Source: Pyrodictiaceae archaeon (GTDB taxonomy: Archaea > Thermoproteota > Thermoprotei_A > Sulfolobales > Pyrodictiaceae). From it: DNA of 64,000 nt. Under the pieces are notes generated by a model. It did no database searches, was not told the DNA's origin, and saw only the letters and a list, made by a program, of their open reading frames with translations. Location: the NCBI GenBank assembly GCA_040514295.1, contig JBEVCE010000039.1, positions 29,524-93,523 of the forward strand, read 5' to 3'. Below are positions 36,901 through 45,200 of this stretch, in pieces (the stretch's first letter is position 1; each line of letters opens with the position of its first letter). A program made the translations under genes and the position numbers.

Positions 36901-37808
36901 TAGCCCATCTCCTCGAATACCTGCCCTAGGATCTCTTCGAGCTCCGAGTAGACTGTTGACGAGAGGGGTTGTAGGCCGACGCCAGCTACCACCACAGGCT
37001 CCTCCAGTAACAAGCTTACAAGCTCTTCATCGCCTATCCTAGTGGCCTTCCCAGCTCCACATAGCCTCCTAGCAGTATTAGCTGAGAACGCTGCTAGCCT
37101 ACGATATAGGGCTACTAGTAGACCTAGATTCCCGGCGGAAGCATAAATTATGGAGTTCGCCTCCTGTATGCTCTCGAAGATGCCTTGGAGCCCCCTAGGG
37201 TGGGATCTTGACGCGATATACTCTAGTACCCTATAGGCCTCCAGTGGCTCTATGGGCTTGAGCCATACTATCCTAGTCCTCCTCATAAGCCTAGCTAGTA
37301 GTCCCCTGATCCTAGCTTCTCCTATAAGCCTGGTATAGGCTGGGGGTGTTAGGGAGAAGACTACTCCAAGCCTGTGTGAAGGCCTGGTCTCCGTTAACGC
37401 TAATAAGGACTCGAGGGACTCCTCTAGCAGCTCCTCTCCAGCCAGCACTAGATCCTCGGCCTCATCAACAAAGACTATGGCTCCATCCTTATAGTGTCTA
37501 GCAGCATCCAGTATCCTCTGGTAGAGCCCCCCCTTGAGGCTAGAGGCTCTGAGATAGACAGGCTTGAGGCCATAGTCTTTAGTACTCCTAGCTATCAGTG
37601 CCTCGTATACACTGGTTCTACCATCCCCTGGCTCAGCGACTAAGAGGGCTATAACAGGGTGCTGGGATAGAGAAGCCTCGGTCATGAACTCCTCTATCGC
37701 CCGGTAAGCCTGGCTCCTAGACTCAAGCAGCTGTATAGCCTCGATAACCTTATCGTCTAGCCCGGATACTGGCGGTATCCACATGAAGCCTTCGCTGCAT
37801 CCAACCAT
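33993..37808 (-). CDS. 1271-aa orphan protein: ORC/Cdc6- or BrxC-like AAA+ module with degenerate Walker A, wHTH-like segments, and a ~400-aa coiled-coil region
   Basis: Single uninterrupted ORF. Walker A position reads LLVAEPGDGRTSVYE (Arg instead of Lys). Walker B IVFVDEAEDL. Lid-like RIVWLKPIEPLEAYRVLEYI. wHTH-like SILRVLRSIGSSGRWISLEELKSRL...LIEARRRNGSVEV, and C-terminal LSLSDAAKIVSSRLGMDYQEARKSIIKLIEVGVIEPRL. A long E/K/L/A heptad-rich stretch spans roughly residues 760-1200. Confidence 0.8.
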   Translation of the reverse strand: MVGCSEGFMWIPPVSGLDDKVIEAIQLLESRSQAYRAIEEFMTEASLSQHPVIALLVAEPGDGRTSVYEALIARSTKDYGLKPVYLRASSLKGGLYQRILDAARHYKDGAIVFVDEAEDLVLAGEELLEESLESLLALTETRPSHRLGVVFSLTPPAYTRLIGEARIRGLLARLMRRTRIVWLKPIEPLEAYRVLEYIASRSHPRGLQGIFESIQEANSIIYASAGNLGLLVALYRRLAAFSANTARRLCGAGKATRIGDEELVSLLLEEPVVVAGVGLQPLSSTVYSELEEILGQVFEEMGYTRAEAKKLLAMLVARIAVDVEEAAERIGVGKPVVIEAVRRLPAKARASPLLGRLANKLLVLGEWGRIAGRESQGLVVVDEQGAPRLIAEGSRLIALTPVAIDLLFNTRRLSELSFLPAEERMTLLREAYREYKPVKPLTGLLVLLGVVDPRALAIEDAKVFRDDSILARLKLGEVRPAVLFSTGACRALEEALSSSTVMGIYPHLVVTVGHGPARLEDCKARLEEKYMARIVAVGLDYRRLTKLLVLGHYLLKEMKLEEVVDKLRRGKLKIPWTLLALEADRILPPELMPSRLAKLLEEGVGGTPLVISRQPRPGTTAALKLLALVPSRTSIRDAVRMLRGYASKHPPRPWSRRHPLAPLYGRIGVERVVADAVRMLVSQGAISLEDDRISHTLAQAEKSILRVLRSIGSSGRWISLEELKSRLIAPRGEDLIAWLELLQARGLIEARRRNGSVEVRIATREDIARRIRAVEEKAKRLVGVKAKVISLVEGIPIVASVADAASLALEVASMAAKALEAGVTEEAARLSAAALYLVDDLEAFIESHERRMKLAGDIVYSLERITNSLEKLIGEAMRLGYHVEIPRRLLEELGELTVKARRLLESSEEPSEAVDEKLLRASGGDLAIYLFYKLLAGSSIIGLPVAHAPSKLLEHLRMLENLLGQAMRWLEKGINEYGKLSERLAKMVEKLRSRGLNIAVKEHKPIVARITAIRGLKDLEKTLKTISEKISELLEEAKEYEWRLRSLELKLGGAEAKLRKAVVEEEELKELLAKLRPTISPARASSLLEQAQTMQRRALELLKDAKARALSPSEAVAMLEEVEILAGKAIELYREARRELLEELRTNIRSELGLLENIIGVIGEHRDQYRKIMAKASWAITSSNSVEELVGVLTKIVEAKNTALEELASRGRGDHRLIKTYLVIAEAKKEQGELSLSDAAKIVSSRLGMDYQEARKSIIKLIEVGVIEPRL

Positions 37809-37901
37809 TCCCTATCCCAAGCTATAGGGATGCTAGTAACACATGCATTGGGTAACCGCACTAGGGGTGTGGATAGAGCCTATTGCTCCGGGTAACACAT
37901 G
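37809..37901. promoter_or_regulatory. Divergent control region with a 7-bp inverted repeat and a 10-nt direct repeat
   Basis: TCCCTAT (37809-37815) and ATAGGGA (37824-37830) abut the start of the 1271-aa gene. GTAACACATG occurs at 37836-37845 and again at 37892-37901, the second copy containing the ATG of the 147-aa ORF. GGTAACC lies at 37851-37857. Confidence 0.4.
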
Positions 37902-38342
37902 GATATAGTAGGAGCGGTGGAGCTCGTGGCTAGGCGTGGTAGCGTAGCCTTATCAGTACTAGCCCTGGCCCTCCTTGTAGTTACCTTCCTAGCCCACTTA
38001 GAAGGCTATAGGAACCATTATAAGCTAAGCCTCGAAGAAGCACGGGTAAAGGTGGTAGCCTCTAGCCAGGGCATACTAGTCTTTGTTGAGACTAAGCTGA
38101 GGGATAGGGACGTCCTATTAGGGCTCAAGAATGCTAGGCTAATATGCGATAATATTAGCGTGAAGCTACGTATTTTAAGCCTAGAGGCTAAGGAAGGCAT
38201 CCTAAAGGCCCTCCTCGAGCCTCTCCCCTCATCCCTGGCTGGCTGTAGCCTGATCCTGAAGCTTGTAGCGGAGCCAGCTAATCCCCTGGATAGGCTACTC
38301 ATTGGTAATGTGACGGTTACCGTGGAGGCTGGTGTTAGATGA
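37899..38342 (+). CDS. Hypothetical 147-aa protein, N-terminal TM anchor plus beta-rich domain
   Basis: ATG start. TM VALSVLALALLVVTFLA, then alternating-pattern sequence (VKVVASSQGILVFVETKL, ARLICDNISVKLRILSL, NVTVTVEAG). ATGA overlap with the next ORF. Confidence 0.5.
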   Translation: MDIVGAVELVARRGSVALSVLALALLVVTFLAHLEGYRNHYKLSLEEARVKVVASSQGILVFVETKLRDRDVLLGLKNARLICDNISVKLRILSLEAKEGILKALLEPLPSSLAGCSLILKLVAEPANPLDRLLIGNVTVTVEAGVR

Positions 38343-38566
38343 GCAAAAACATGGAGGAGCTTATACGCGGTATCCTCTCACGTAGGGATCCCGAGGGCTA
38401 CTATGTGATCCCAGCAAGTCCGAGAGCCATGAGCATGCTCCAGGGCATTAGGGGCGTCGAGGTTGTAGAGACAGGTGATGTAATCCTGGCTAGGACTAGG
38501 TCTCGGAGGCTTGCAGCGAGGATCGCTAGGATGCTAGCTCGTCTCGGCCTTCTTGCCCTCCTCTGA
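38339..38566 (+). CDS. Hypothetical 75-aa protein
   Basis: Translationally coupled (ATGA) to the upstream ORF. Basic amphipathic C-terminus RSRRLAARIARMLARLGLLALL. Overlaps the 3' end of the convergent ATPase gene by 33 nt. Confidence 0.4.
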   Translation: MSKNMEELIRGILSRRDPEGYYVIPASPRAMSMLQGIRGVEVVETGDVILARTRSRRLAARIARMLARLGLLALL

Positions 38567-39349
38567 AGCCCCCGCCCTCCTCCTAAGCTTGATGGGGATC
38601 ACCCCCTCCTTTGTTATCATGTAGGGGATCCAGCTCGCTTGTACAGGCACCCCTCTCGCCTTCTTGACGAGGAGTTGTTTGACAGGATAACCTTGCGCTA
38701 CGGCCTCTCTGTAGTGCTGCATCCATACGAATACGTCAACCATGTACTCTAAGTTCGCAGCTACCTCACTATAGAATTGCGTGGGGGTGTGAAGAGTCGC
38801 TATGGATAGTACACCTCTCTTCTTCGCCATGTGCGCTCTCAACGCGTTTACAAAGTCCAGCACCCTTGTCGCCTCATACCTTGCTAGGAGCGGGTTGAGG
38901 CTGTCAAGCACTAGTAGTCCCGAGCACCTCATGCCGTGCTCATCGCTTATCCTTGAGACCGTGGAGAGTATACGGTCTGGGTCTATGTCCTGGAGCGCCG
39001 CCTTGACAAAGGACTCTGGCTCTACACCGTAACGCGGCCCATAGCCATCTACCAGGATGAGCTCCTCCCCCCTAACCAGCTCCATAGCATTCATTCTTGA
39101 AGACTCGAGGGCCGAGACTATAGTTATAGGGTCATCGTCCAGGGCTACATAGATTACTTTCTCCCCTCTCTCGAGAAAGCTAGCAGCTATTAATGTGACG
39201 AAGAAGCTCTTCCCAACACCACCATCCCCTGCAATCACAACCATGCTTCTCCTAAGAATACCCTCAGGGAGCAGGTCGTCCAGTATCGGTATACCTAGCT
39301 TGACCCTGGCCAGGACACGCCCAGCCCCAGACAAGGCCAAAGATAGCAC
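38534..39349 (-). CDS. KaiC/RadA-like RecA-superfamily ATPase (single domain, COG0467-like)
   Basis: GIPILDDLLPEGILRRSMVVIAGDGGVGKSFFVTLIA (Walker A), GLLVLDSLNPL (Walker B). 271 aa. Confidence 0.8.
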   Translation of the reverse strand: MLSLALSGAGRVLARVKLGIPILDDLLPEGILRRSMVVIAGDGGVGKSFFVTLIAASFLERGEKVIYVALDDDPITIVSALESSRMNAMELVRGEELILVDGYGPRYGVEPESFVKAALQDIDPDRILSTVSRISDEHGMRCSGLLVLDSLNPLLARYEATRVLDFVNALRAHMAKKRGVLSIATLHTPTQFYSEVAANLEYMVDVFVWMQHYREAVAQGYPVKQLLVKKARGVPVQASWIPYMITKEGVIPIKLRRRAGASEEGKKAETS

Positions 39350-39376
39350 CTCTAGAAGGAAAAATACACAATCGCG

Positions 39377-39595
39377 TTCTATAATACTTTCTATAGTACT
39401 AATAGTTTGAAAATAAAAATATTAATTATGATGCTTACTCTAGCGTCCCTGGAACCGACCAAGCCATGGCATGGATAGAGCTACAATTCCCCATGATGTG
39501 GTCTAGTAAGACTCCTCGGCCTACACGCGTCTGCTACGACATTTGCTGTAGTGTCTTCGGGGACTAGTTCCGGGAAAAGGGTTTTTCTATAGTAA
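39377..39595. promoter_or_regulatory. AT-rich divergent promoter region with three copies of TTCTATA(A/G)TA
   Basis: TTCTATAATAC at 39377-39387, TTCTATAGTAC at 39389-39399 and TTCTATAGTAA at 39585-39595, the last ~55 nt upstream of the fumarase TTG start. AAATAAAAATATTAATTA lies at about 39411-39428. Confidence 0.4.
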
Positions 39596-39648
39596 TTCTT
39601 ATCGTAAGAGATGCGGGGCGTATTAACGCCCTCTGGGGGAGTGTATCC

Positions 39649-40560
39649 TTGTCTACCACGAGCCTAGAAGCTAAGCTAAAGGAGTTCCTAGTGCACCTTA
39701 TAAGAGTCGCTACCACCCAGTTGCCCCCTGATGTTGTTGAGGCGTTGAGGAGGGCTTACGAGAGAGAGACCCACCCATTAGCGAAGAAGCAGCTCGAAGC
39801 CATACTGAGGAACGTTGAGCTTGCCTCAAAGCTGTGGAAGCCTATTTGTCAGGATACCGGTACCCCATACTTCTACATAAAGCTCGGAGAGAACTTTCCT
39901 GTGAGATCCAGGTTATACGATGTGATTAAGGAGGCTATGAGAGAGGCTACAAGAATTGTACCCCTAAGGCCCAATGCGGTCGACCCCTTCAGGGAGAGGA
40001 ATACAGGCGATAATACTGGGCAGCGCGTGCCCTGGGTGCATGTAGAGATAGTGCCTGGCGATAGACTAGAGGTAACCTATGTGCCTAAGGGTGGTGGTAG
40101 CGAAGCCCCCTCGACACTAGTAATGGCTCCCCCTATCAAGGGCCTAGAGAAGCTCAAGGAGACAGTCGTCAAGACCATACTAGAGGCGGGTGCTAGGCCT
40201 TGTCCACCCGTGATCGTGGGTGTAGGGGTAGCAGCTGGAGCAGACATGGCCCTGACTCTCGCCAAGATGGCTGCCGTTCTAAGGCCTGTAGGCTCTAGGC
40301 ATCCTGACCCCGAGATAGCTAAGCTGGAGGAGGAGCTCCTAGAAGCTGTGAACAAGATAGGCATAGGCCCTCACGGCTTCGGGGGATCGACTACAGCCCT
40401 AGACCTGCACATAGAGTATGCCCATAGGCATCCAGCAACCTATGCCATAGCGGTGGTAACGAGCTGCTGGGCTACAAGGAGGGCTAGCGGCGTCTTTAGG
40501 CCTGACGGATCCTGGGAGATAACCTCACACAAGAACTTACCCCCGATTCCCGAGGAATAA
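39649..40560 (+). CDS. fumA: Class I fumarate hydratase, alpha (N-terminal domain) subunit
   Basis: ICQDTGTPYFYIKLG, VPKGGGSEAPS and the Cys ligands typical of Fe-S hydro-lyases. TTG start. Confidence 0.88.
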   Translation: MSTTSLEAKLKEFLVHLIRVATTQLPPDVVEALRRAYERETHPLAKKQLEAILRNVELASKLWKPICQDTGTPYFYIKLGENFPVRSRLYDVIKEAMREATRIVPLRPNAVDPFRERNTGDNTGQRVPWVHVEIVPGDRLEVTYVPKGGGSEAPSTLVMAPPIKGLEKLKETVVKTILEAGARPCPPVIVGVGVAAGADMALTLAKMAAVLRPVGSRHPDPEIAKLEEELLEAVNKIGIGPHGFGGSTTALDLHIEYAHRHPATYAIAVVTSCWATRRASGVFRPDGSWEITSHKNLPPIPEE

Positions 40561-40592
40561 TCCTAGACCCTGGATCCCTGGGTGGTGTAGCC

Positions 40593-41219
40593 GTGTCCGA
40601 GCTAAGAGAGTTCCATCTCCGGACCCCTCTAAGCGAGGAGGATGTTAGAAGGCTCAAGGTAGGCGATGTAGTCTACTTGTCTGGCATCATAGTCTCAGCC
40701 AGGGACTCAGCCCACAAGAAGGTGCTAGAACTCATAGAGAAGGGAGAGAAGCTGCCAATAGACTTGAAGGGCCTAGCACTATACCATGTCGGGCCAGTGG
40801 TACGTAGGAGGCCCGACGGCTCATGGGAGGTCGTGGCGGCGGGCCCGACCACGAGTGCCAGGATGGAGTCAGTAGAGTATGATTTTATAGAGAAGACGGG
40901 AATCAGGATGATTATAGGCAAGGGCGGCATGGGGGCTAGGACAGCAGAGGCATGTAAAAGGTTTGGCGCAGTCTATGCAGTGTTCACGGGTGGTGCAGCA
41001 GTATTAGCAGCTCAAGCCATAAAGAGAGTTGTCGACGTCTACTGGCTCGACGAGCTAGGAATGGCCGAGGCTATGTGGGTCTTCGAGGTAGAAGAGTTCG
41101 GGCCCCTAGTGGTCACGATAGACTCTGAGGGTAGGAACTTCTACCAAGAGAGGGAGAAGGAGGCTAGGGAAAGGGTAGAGAAGGAGATCTTACCACAACT
41201 ACTAGGCTTGAAGTCATAG
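40593..41219 (+). CDS. fumB: Class I fumarate hydratase, beta (C-terminal domain) subunit
   Basis: GDVVYLSGIIVSARDSAHKK, YHVGPVV, MIIGKGGMG. Confidence 0.88.
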   Translation: MSELREFHLRTPLSEEDVRRLKVGDVVYLSGIIVSARDSAHKKVLELIEKGEKLPIDLKGLALYHVGPVVRRRPDGSWEVVAAGPTTSARMESVEYDFIEKTGIRMIIGKGGMGARTAEACKRFGAVYAVFTGGAAVLAAQAIKRVVDVYWLDELGMAEAMWVFEVEEFGPLVVTIDSEGRNFYQEREKEARERVEKEILPQLLGLKS

Positions 41220-41300
41220 CTCTCTATAGGCTAGGAAATAAAAATCTAATATGTGTGGGGGCTAGGAAGCTTAGAGAATCGATGGAGGTGCCTGCTGTCC

Positions 41301-43058
41301 ATGCCGGACACAATATATCACGACGTAATAGTCATTGGTAGCGGTATTGCAGGGCTGAGAGCAGCCTTAGAGGTCAAGAGGACTGCTGGTGACAAGGTAG
41401 ATGTGGCAGTTATAAGTAAGGTCCACTTGATGAGGAGTCATAGCGTCTCGGCAGAGGGTGGAACAGCAGCAGTACTCTATCCTGAAGAAGGGGATAGCTT
41501 CGCCCTACACGCCTGGGACACGATTAAGGGCAGCGACTTCCTAGCAGACCAGGATTCAGTATGGCTCATGGTAAAGCTAATGCCTGAGGAGGTAAGGCTA
41601 CTGGAGAGGTGGGGGCTTCCGTGGAGCAGGAGGCCTGACGGCAGACTAGCTCAGAGGCCCTTCGGAGGCCATAGCTTCCCCCGAGCATGCTTTGCAGCCG
41701 ACAAGACGGGCTTCTATGAGATGCAGACCCTCTATAGCCGCCTAGTAGGCTATGATAACTGGGAACGCTATGACGAGGTCTATGTGACGAGCTTCATAGT
41801 CGAGGATGGCCAGTTCAAGGGAGTCACAGCGATAGACATGAAGACCGGAGAATTCCTAGTCTTCAGGGCCAGGGCGGGCATAATAGCAACAGGTGGTGGG
41901 GGCAGGCTCTACAAGTTCACCACATACGCCCACACAGCAACAGCCGACGGCCATGGAATGGCGCTTAGAGCAGGTATACCCCTCAAGGACATGGAGTTCG
42001 TACAATTCCATCCAACAGGGCTAGTGCCAAGCGGTATACTGATAACAGAGGGTGCTAGGGGTGAGGGCGGCTACCTCAAGAACAAGGATGGAGAAAGATT
42101 CATGAAGAAGTACGCGCCGGAGAGAATGGAGCTAGCACCTAGAGACGTCGTCTCTAGGGCTATGATGAGGGAGATCATAGAGGGTAGGGGCTTCACGGAC
42201 CCGATAAGCGGGCTAAGCTACGTCCACCTAGACTTAACACACCTAGGAGAGGAGAAGATCAATGAGAGGCTACCAGCGGTAAGAGAGATCGCCATAAAGC
42301 ATGCAGGCATAGACCCGGTGTCAGAGCCTATACCCGTTAGGCCTGCAGCGCACTACACTATGGGCGGTATACACACGGATCTATACTATAGGGTGCTAAC
42401 GGTTGAGGGCAAGTGGATTAAAGGCCTATGGGCTGTAGGTGAGGCAGCATGCTCTAGCGTTCATGGGGCTAACAGGCTTGGTTCAAATAGTACAGCTGAG
42501 TGCCTAACAAGCGGTAGGATCGCTGGTAGGCAGGCAGCACAGTATGTGCTCAAGACGAAGGAGATGGGGATGCCTGATCCCAAGCCGAGCGATGATGCGG
42601 TGGCTAGGGAGGAGAAGAGGGTCTTCGACTATATACTGAAACACGAGTCTGGCTCGGCAACAGTCTACGAGATTAGGAGTAAGCTGAGAGAAACCATGGA
42701 CAAGTATGTCTACGTGTTCCGCGACGAGTCCGGCCTCCAGAAGGCCCTCAAGACCATACTAGAGCTGCGTGAGCAGTATAAGAAGGTCTATCCGAGCGAT
42801 AAGAGCAGGATCTACAATACTGACTGGACCACAGTGCTCGAGACAGGGAACATGCTGGACACAGCCTACATAATAGTCTACAGTGCTCTGATGAGAACCG
42901 AGAGCCGTGGAGCGCACTTCAGAATAGACTACCCGAAGAGAGACGACACTAACTGGCTTAAGCATACACTAGCATACATAAACGCTGACGGCAAGGTAGA
43001 GACAACCTACATACCTGTCCGGATAACCACGTGGAAGCCCATAGAACGTAAATACTAG
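41301..43058 (+). CDS. sdhA: Succinate dehydrogenase/fumarate reductase flavoprotein subunit
   Basis: FAD motif [25 protein letters not shown] (covalent-FAD His region), [18 protein letters not shown] prefer the ATG at 41301 over the track's GTG at 41253 because the latter sits ~10 nt from the AAATAAAAATC TATA-like element (about 41236-41246). Confidence 0.9.
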   Translation: MPDTIYHDVIVIGSGIAGLRAALEVKRTAGDKVDVAVISKVHLMRSHSVSAEGGTAAVLYPEEGDSFALHAWDTIKGSDFLADQDSVWLMVKLMPEEVRLLERWGLPWSRRPDGRLAQRPFGGHSFPRACFAADKTGFYEMQTLYSRLVGYDNWERYDEVYVTSFIVEDGQFKGVTAIDMKTGEFLVFRARAGIIATGGGGRLYKFTTYAHTATADGHGMALRAGIPLKDMEFVQFHPTGLVPSGILITEGARGEGGYLKNKDGERFMKKYAPERMELAPRDVVSRAMMREIIEGRGFTDPISGLSYVHLDLTHLGEEKINERLPAVREIAIKHAGIDPVSEPIPVRPAAHYTMGGIHTDLYYRVLTVEGKWIKGLWAVGEAACSSVHGANRLGSNSTAECLTSGRIAGRQAAQYVLKTKEMGMPDPKPSDDAVAREEKRVFDYILKHESGSATVYEIRSKLRETMDKYVYVFRDESGLQKALKTILELREQYKKVYPSDKSRIYNTDWTTVLETGNMLDTAYIIVYSALMRTESRGAHFRIDYPKRDDTNWLKHTLAYINADGKVETTYIPVRITTWKPIERKY

Positions 43059-43120
43059 GCCTATTGTTTTAGGCAAGGCAGAGCTACCCGTAGTAATCAA
43101 GCCCATGTAAAGGTCTTAGG

Positions 43121-43618
43121 ATGGTGATAGGAATGGCAGAGGAGAAGCGTAAGCCTAGAACCATAACCATAATGCCTGGCCTGATAAAGTCAAGTCTATA
43201 CCCATGGGTTATCAAGGCGAGGAATAACCCTGAGAGAGTGATGTTCGTACTCCATAGAGTGACGGGCGTTATAATAATACTATACCTTATGGCCCACGTG
43301 ATTGTGACAAGCCTTTCGCTCAACGAAGCCCTATGGACCCAGACCATGAGCGCCTTCGCTGGCAGCATAGCTAATAAGATCGGGGAATGGATAGTAGCAG
43401 GAGCAGTATTCTTCCACGGCCTTAATGGTATTAGGCTGCTCCTAGTAGAGTTCTTCGGGCTAGGCGTAGGGAGGCCAGAGAGGCCTAAGCCACCATACAT
43501 ACCACCTAGCCTTAGGTCAGGCCAGAGGATCGGGATATACATAGTTGCCATCCTAGCCCTCATAGGCTGGATACTATCCGGTATACTGATTTTCACAGAT
43601 AAGCTGATATTACCATGA
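43121..43618 (+). CDS. sdhC: Succinate dehydrogenase membrane subunit C (cytochrome b-like)
   Basis: LHRVTGVIIILYLMAHV and FFHGLNGIRLLL (His ligand contexts), three TM. The antisense ORF 43084..43596 was rejected. Confidence 0.7.
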   Translation: MVIGMAEEKRKPRTITIMPGLIKSSLYPWVIKARNNPERVMFVLHRVTGVIIILYLMAHVIVTSLSLNEALWTQTMSAFAGSIANKIGEWIVAGAVFFHGLNGIRLLLVEFFGLGVGRPERPKPPYIPPSLRSGQRIGIYIVAILALIGWILSGILIFTDKLILP

Positions 43619-43635
43619 AAAGGGGGTGAAGTGCC

Positions 43636-43992
43636 GTGGTGCGCGCTTCAAGCATAAACATATGGCAGTACATCACAGCTATAATACTGATATTCGTGCT
43701 AAGCTTCCATTTGATAGAGAGAGTTCCAGGACTTTCGCCTCTAGGGGCTACTGGCTACGAGGAGAGTGTCGAATATGAGAAGGTCAAGACAGCCTATGAG
43801 AGCTATGGGTGGGTCCTAGGCCTACTGCTCATAGTGGCCCTCTTCCACGGGTTCAATGGCCTCCGTGGAATCCTGCTCGAGTGGAGGCAAGGCAGGGGGT
43901 GGAGCATCTTTGCCAATGCCTTGTTCTGGATCTTGTTTCTCGGGTTTACAGCCTACGGGCTCGCCACCATAATAGGTCACTTGGCAGGCTAG
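43636..43992 (+). CDS. sdhD: Succinate dehydrogenase membrane subunit D
   Basis: 118 aa, three TM, FHLIERV and LFHGFNGLRGILLEW. Lies between sdhC and sdhB. Confidence 0.6.
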   Translation: MVRASSINIWQYITAIILIFVLSFHLIERVPGLSPLGATGYEESVEYEKVKTAYESYGWVLGLLLIVALFHGFNGLRGILLEWRQGRGWSIFANALFWILFLGFTAYGLATIIGHLAG

Positions 43993-44014
43993 GATAGGGC
44001 CTCCTGGAGGTGAA

Positions 44015-44989
44015 TTGGTGGTGGCTGGCTCCTCGGCTAGGAACCGGAGGAGGATACCTAAGGGCTATGAGAGTCTGCTAGCAGCAACCTTCGAGCCCCC
44101 CAAAGAGGTTATCGTCAGGATTAGGAGATATGACCCTGAAAAGGGGAGGGCATACTGGAAGGAGTACAAGGTTCCAGCCCACCGTGGTATGACGGTACTC
44201 GATGCCCTCATATGGATCAAGGAGAACGTTGACTCGACGCTATCAATGAGGTATAGTTGCCGTATGGGCGTATGTGGAAGCTGTGGCATGGTGATAAACG
44301 GTACACCTGCACTAGCATGCCAGACCCAGATAGCTGCTGTAGCTACCCCCGAGAACCCGGTCATAACGGTGGAGCCCCTCTACAACTTCCCGGTGGTCAG
44401 GGACCTCTACACAGACTTCTCCTCGTTCTTCGAGAAACACAAGAGTATAATGCCGTACATAATTAGGAGGGATCCCAAGGAGGTTGATGAGGCTGAGAGA
44501 GAGTTCCTAATGTACCCGGACCAGCACGAGGAGATATACGAGTACACGCTCTGCATAATGTGTGGGCTATGCTATGCAGCATGCCCTGTGGCAGCCTCAG
44601 ACCCCCTATATTTAGGCCCACAAGCGTTAGCCCAGGCCTACAGGTTTATAGCCGATGTGCGTGACGAGGCAGCTGATAAGAGGATACTAGTAGTGGATAC
44701 CGAGCACGGCTGCCACCGCTGCCACTTCGCGGCCACGTGTAGTGCTGTATGCCCTAAGGAGGTGGATCCTGCAGCAGCTATACAGAGGCTACGCCGAATA
44801 GTATTCCTCAGGAGGCTAGGCCTATGGCGTAAGGATAAAGGCTCGCCTGTGGCTGGCCCCCTAGAGAAACCGCTACGGCAGGTGAGGGCGGAGTATCCCA
44901 AGCACAACCTCCTGGAGGGCGTAGACCCAGAGGAGCAGGCTAAGGAGCCCGTAAATATAGACTTCAGGGATGAGTGGCTAAGGGAGTAA
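44015..44989 (+). CDS. sdhB: Succinate dehydrogenase/fumarate reductase iron-sulfur subunit
   Basis: 2Fe-2S CRMGVCGSCGMVINGTPALAC, CIMCGLCYAACP, CHRCHFAATCSAVCP. N- and C-terminal extensions relative to typical SdhB of about 250 aa. Confidence 0.9.
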   Translation: MVVAGSSARNRRRIPKGYESLLAATFEPPKEVIVRIRRYDPEKGRAYWKEYKVPAHRGMTVLDALIWIKENVDSTLSMRYSCRMGVCGSCGMVINGTPALACQTQIAAVATPENPVITVEPLYNFPVVRDLYTDFSSFFEKHKSIMPYIIRRDPKEVDEAEREFLMYPDQHEEIYEYTLCIMCGLCYAACPVAASDPLYLGPQALAQAYRFIADVRDEAADKRILVVDTEHGCHRCHFAATCSAVCPKEVDPAAAIQRLRRIVFLRRLGLWRKDKGSPVAGPLEKPLRQVRAEYPKHNLLEGVDPEEQAKEPVNIDFRDEWLRE

Positions 44990-44993
44990 GCTC

Positions 44994-45046
44994 TTTTTAG
45001 CCCACTATACATCCTAGTAGGCTTCCATCAAGCTTCTCCTCTTTTT
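44994..45046 (+). terminator. Two oligo-T runs after sdhB
   Basis: T5 at 44994-44998, 5 nt after the TAA stop, and T5 at 45042-45046. Confidence 0.45.
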
Positions 45047-45200
45047 CTCCTCAGATAAAGCATGTGCTGCATTGTTATCCCACGTATTGCACATAATGAA
45101 TAACGTTAGGCAGGATTAAATGGATAAGCGTTTGTAGGAGTGCTAAACCTATTCTATCCCTGGGGTACAAGCCCCTCATCCCATAGGGCGGGGTAGCCCG

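Noticed and set aside
34063-36903. Several + strand ORFs (81-201 aa) antisense to the 1271-aa gene
   Set aside because: All are Ser/Leu/Ala-rich mirror images of the E/K/L/A coiled-coil coding strand, and none has a start context or motif.
39422-39520. Two AUGAUG(C/U) C-box-like motifs in the KaiC-like/fumA spacer
   Set aside because: Neither is a full RUGAUGA, and no CUGA D/D' boxes occur at the required ~12-nt spacing.
43084-43596. 170-aa minus-strand ORF competing with sdhC
   Set aside because: The + strand product has the SdhC His contexts (LHRVTG, FHGLNGIR) and fits the sdh operon. The minus product has no such features.
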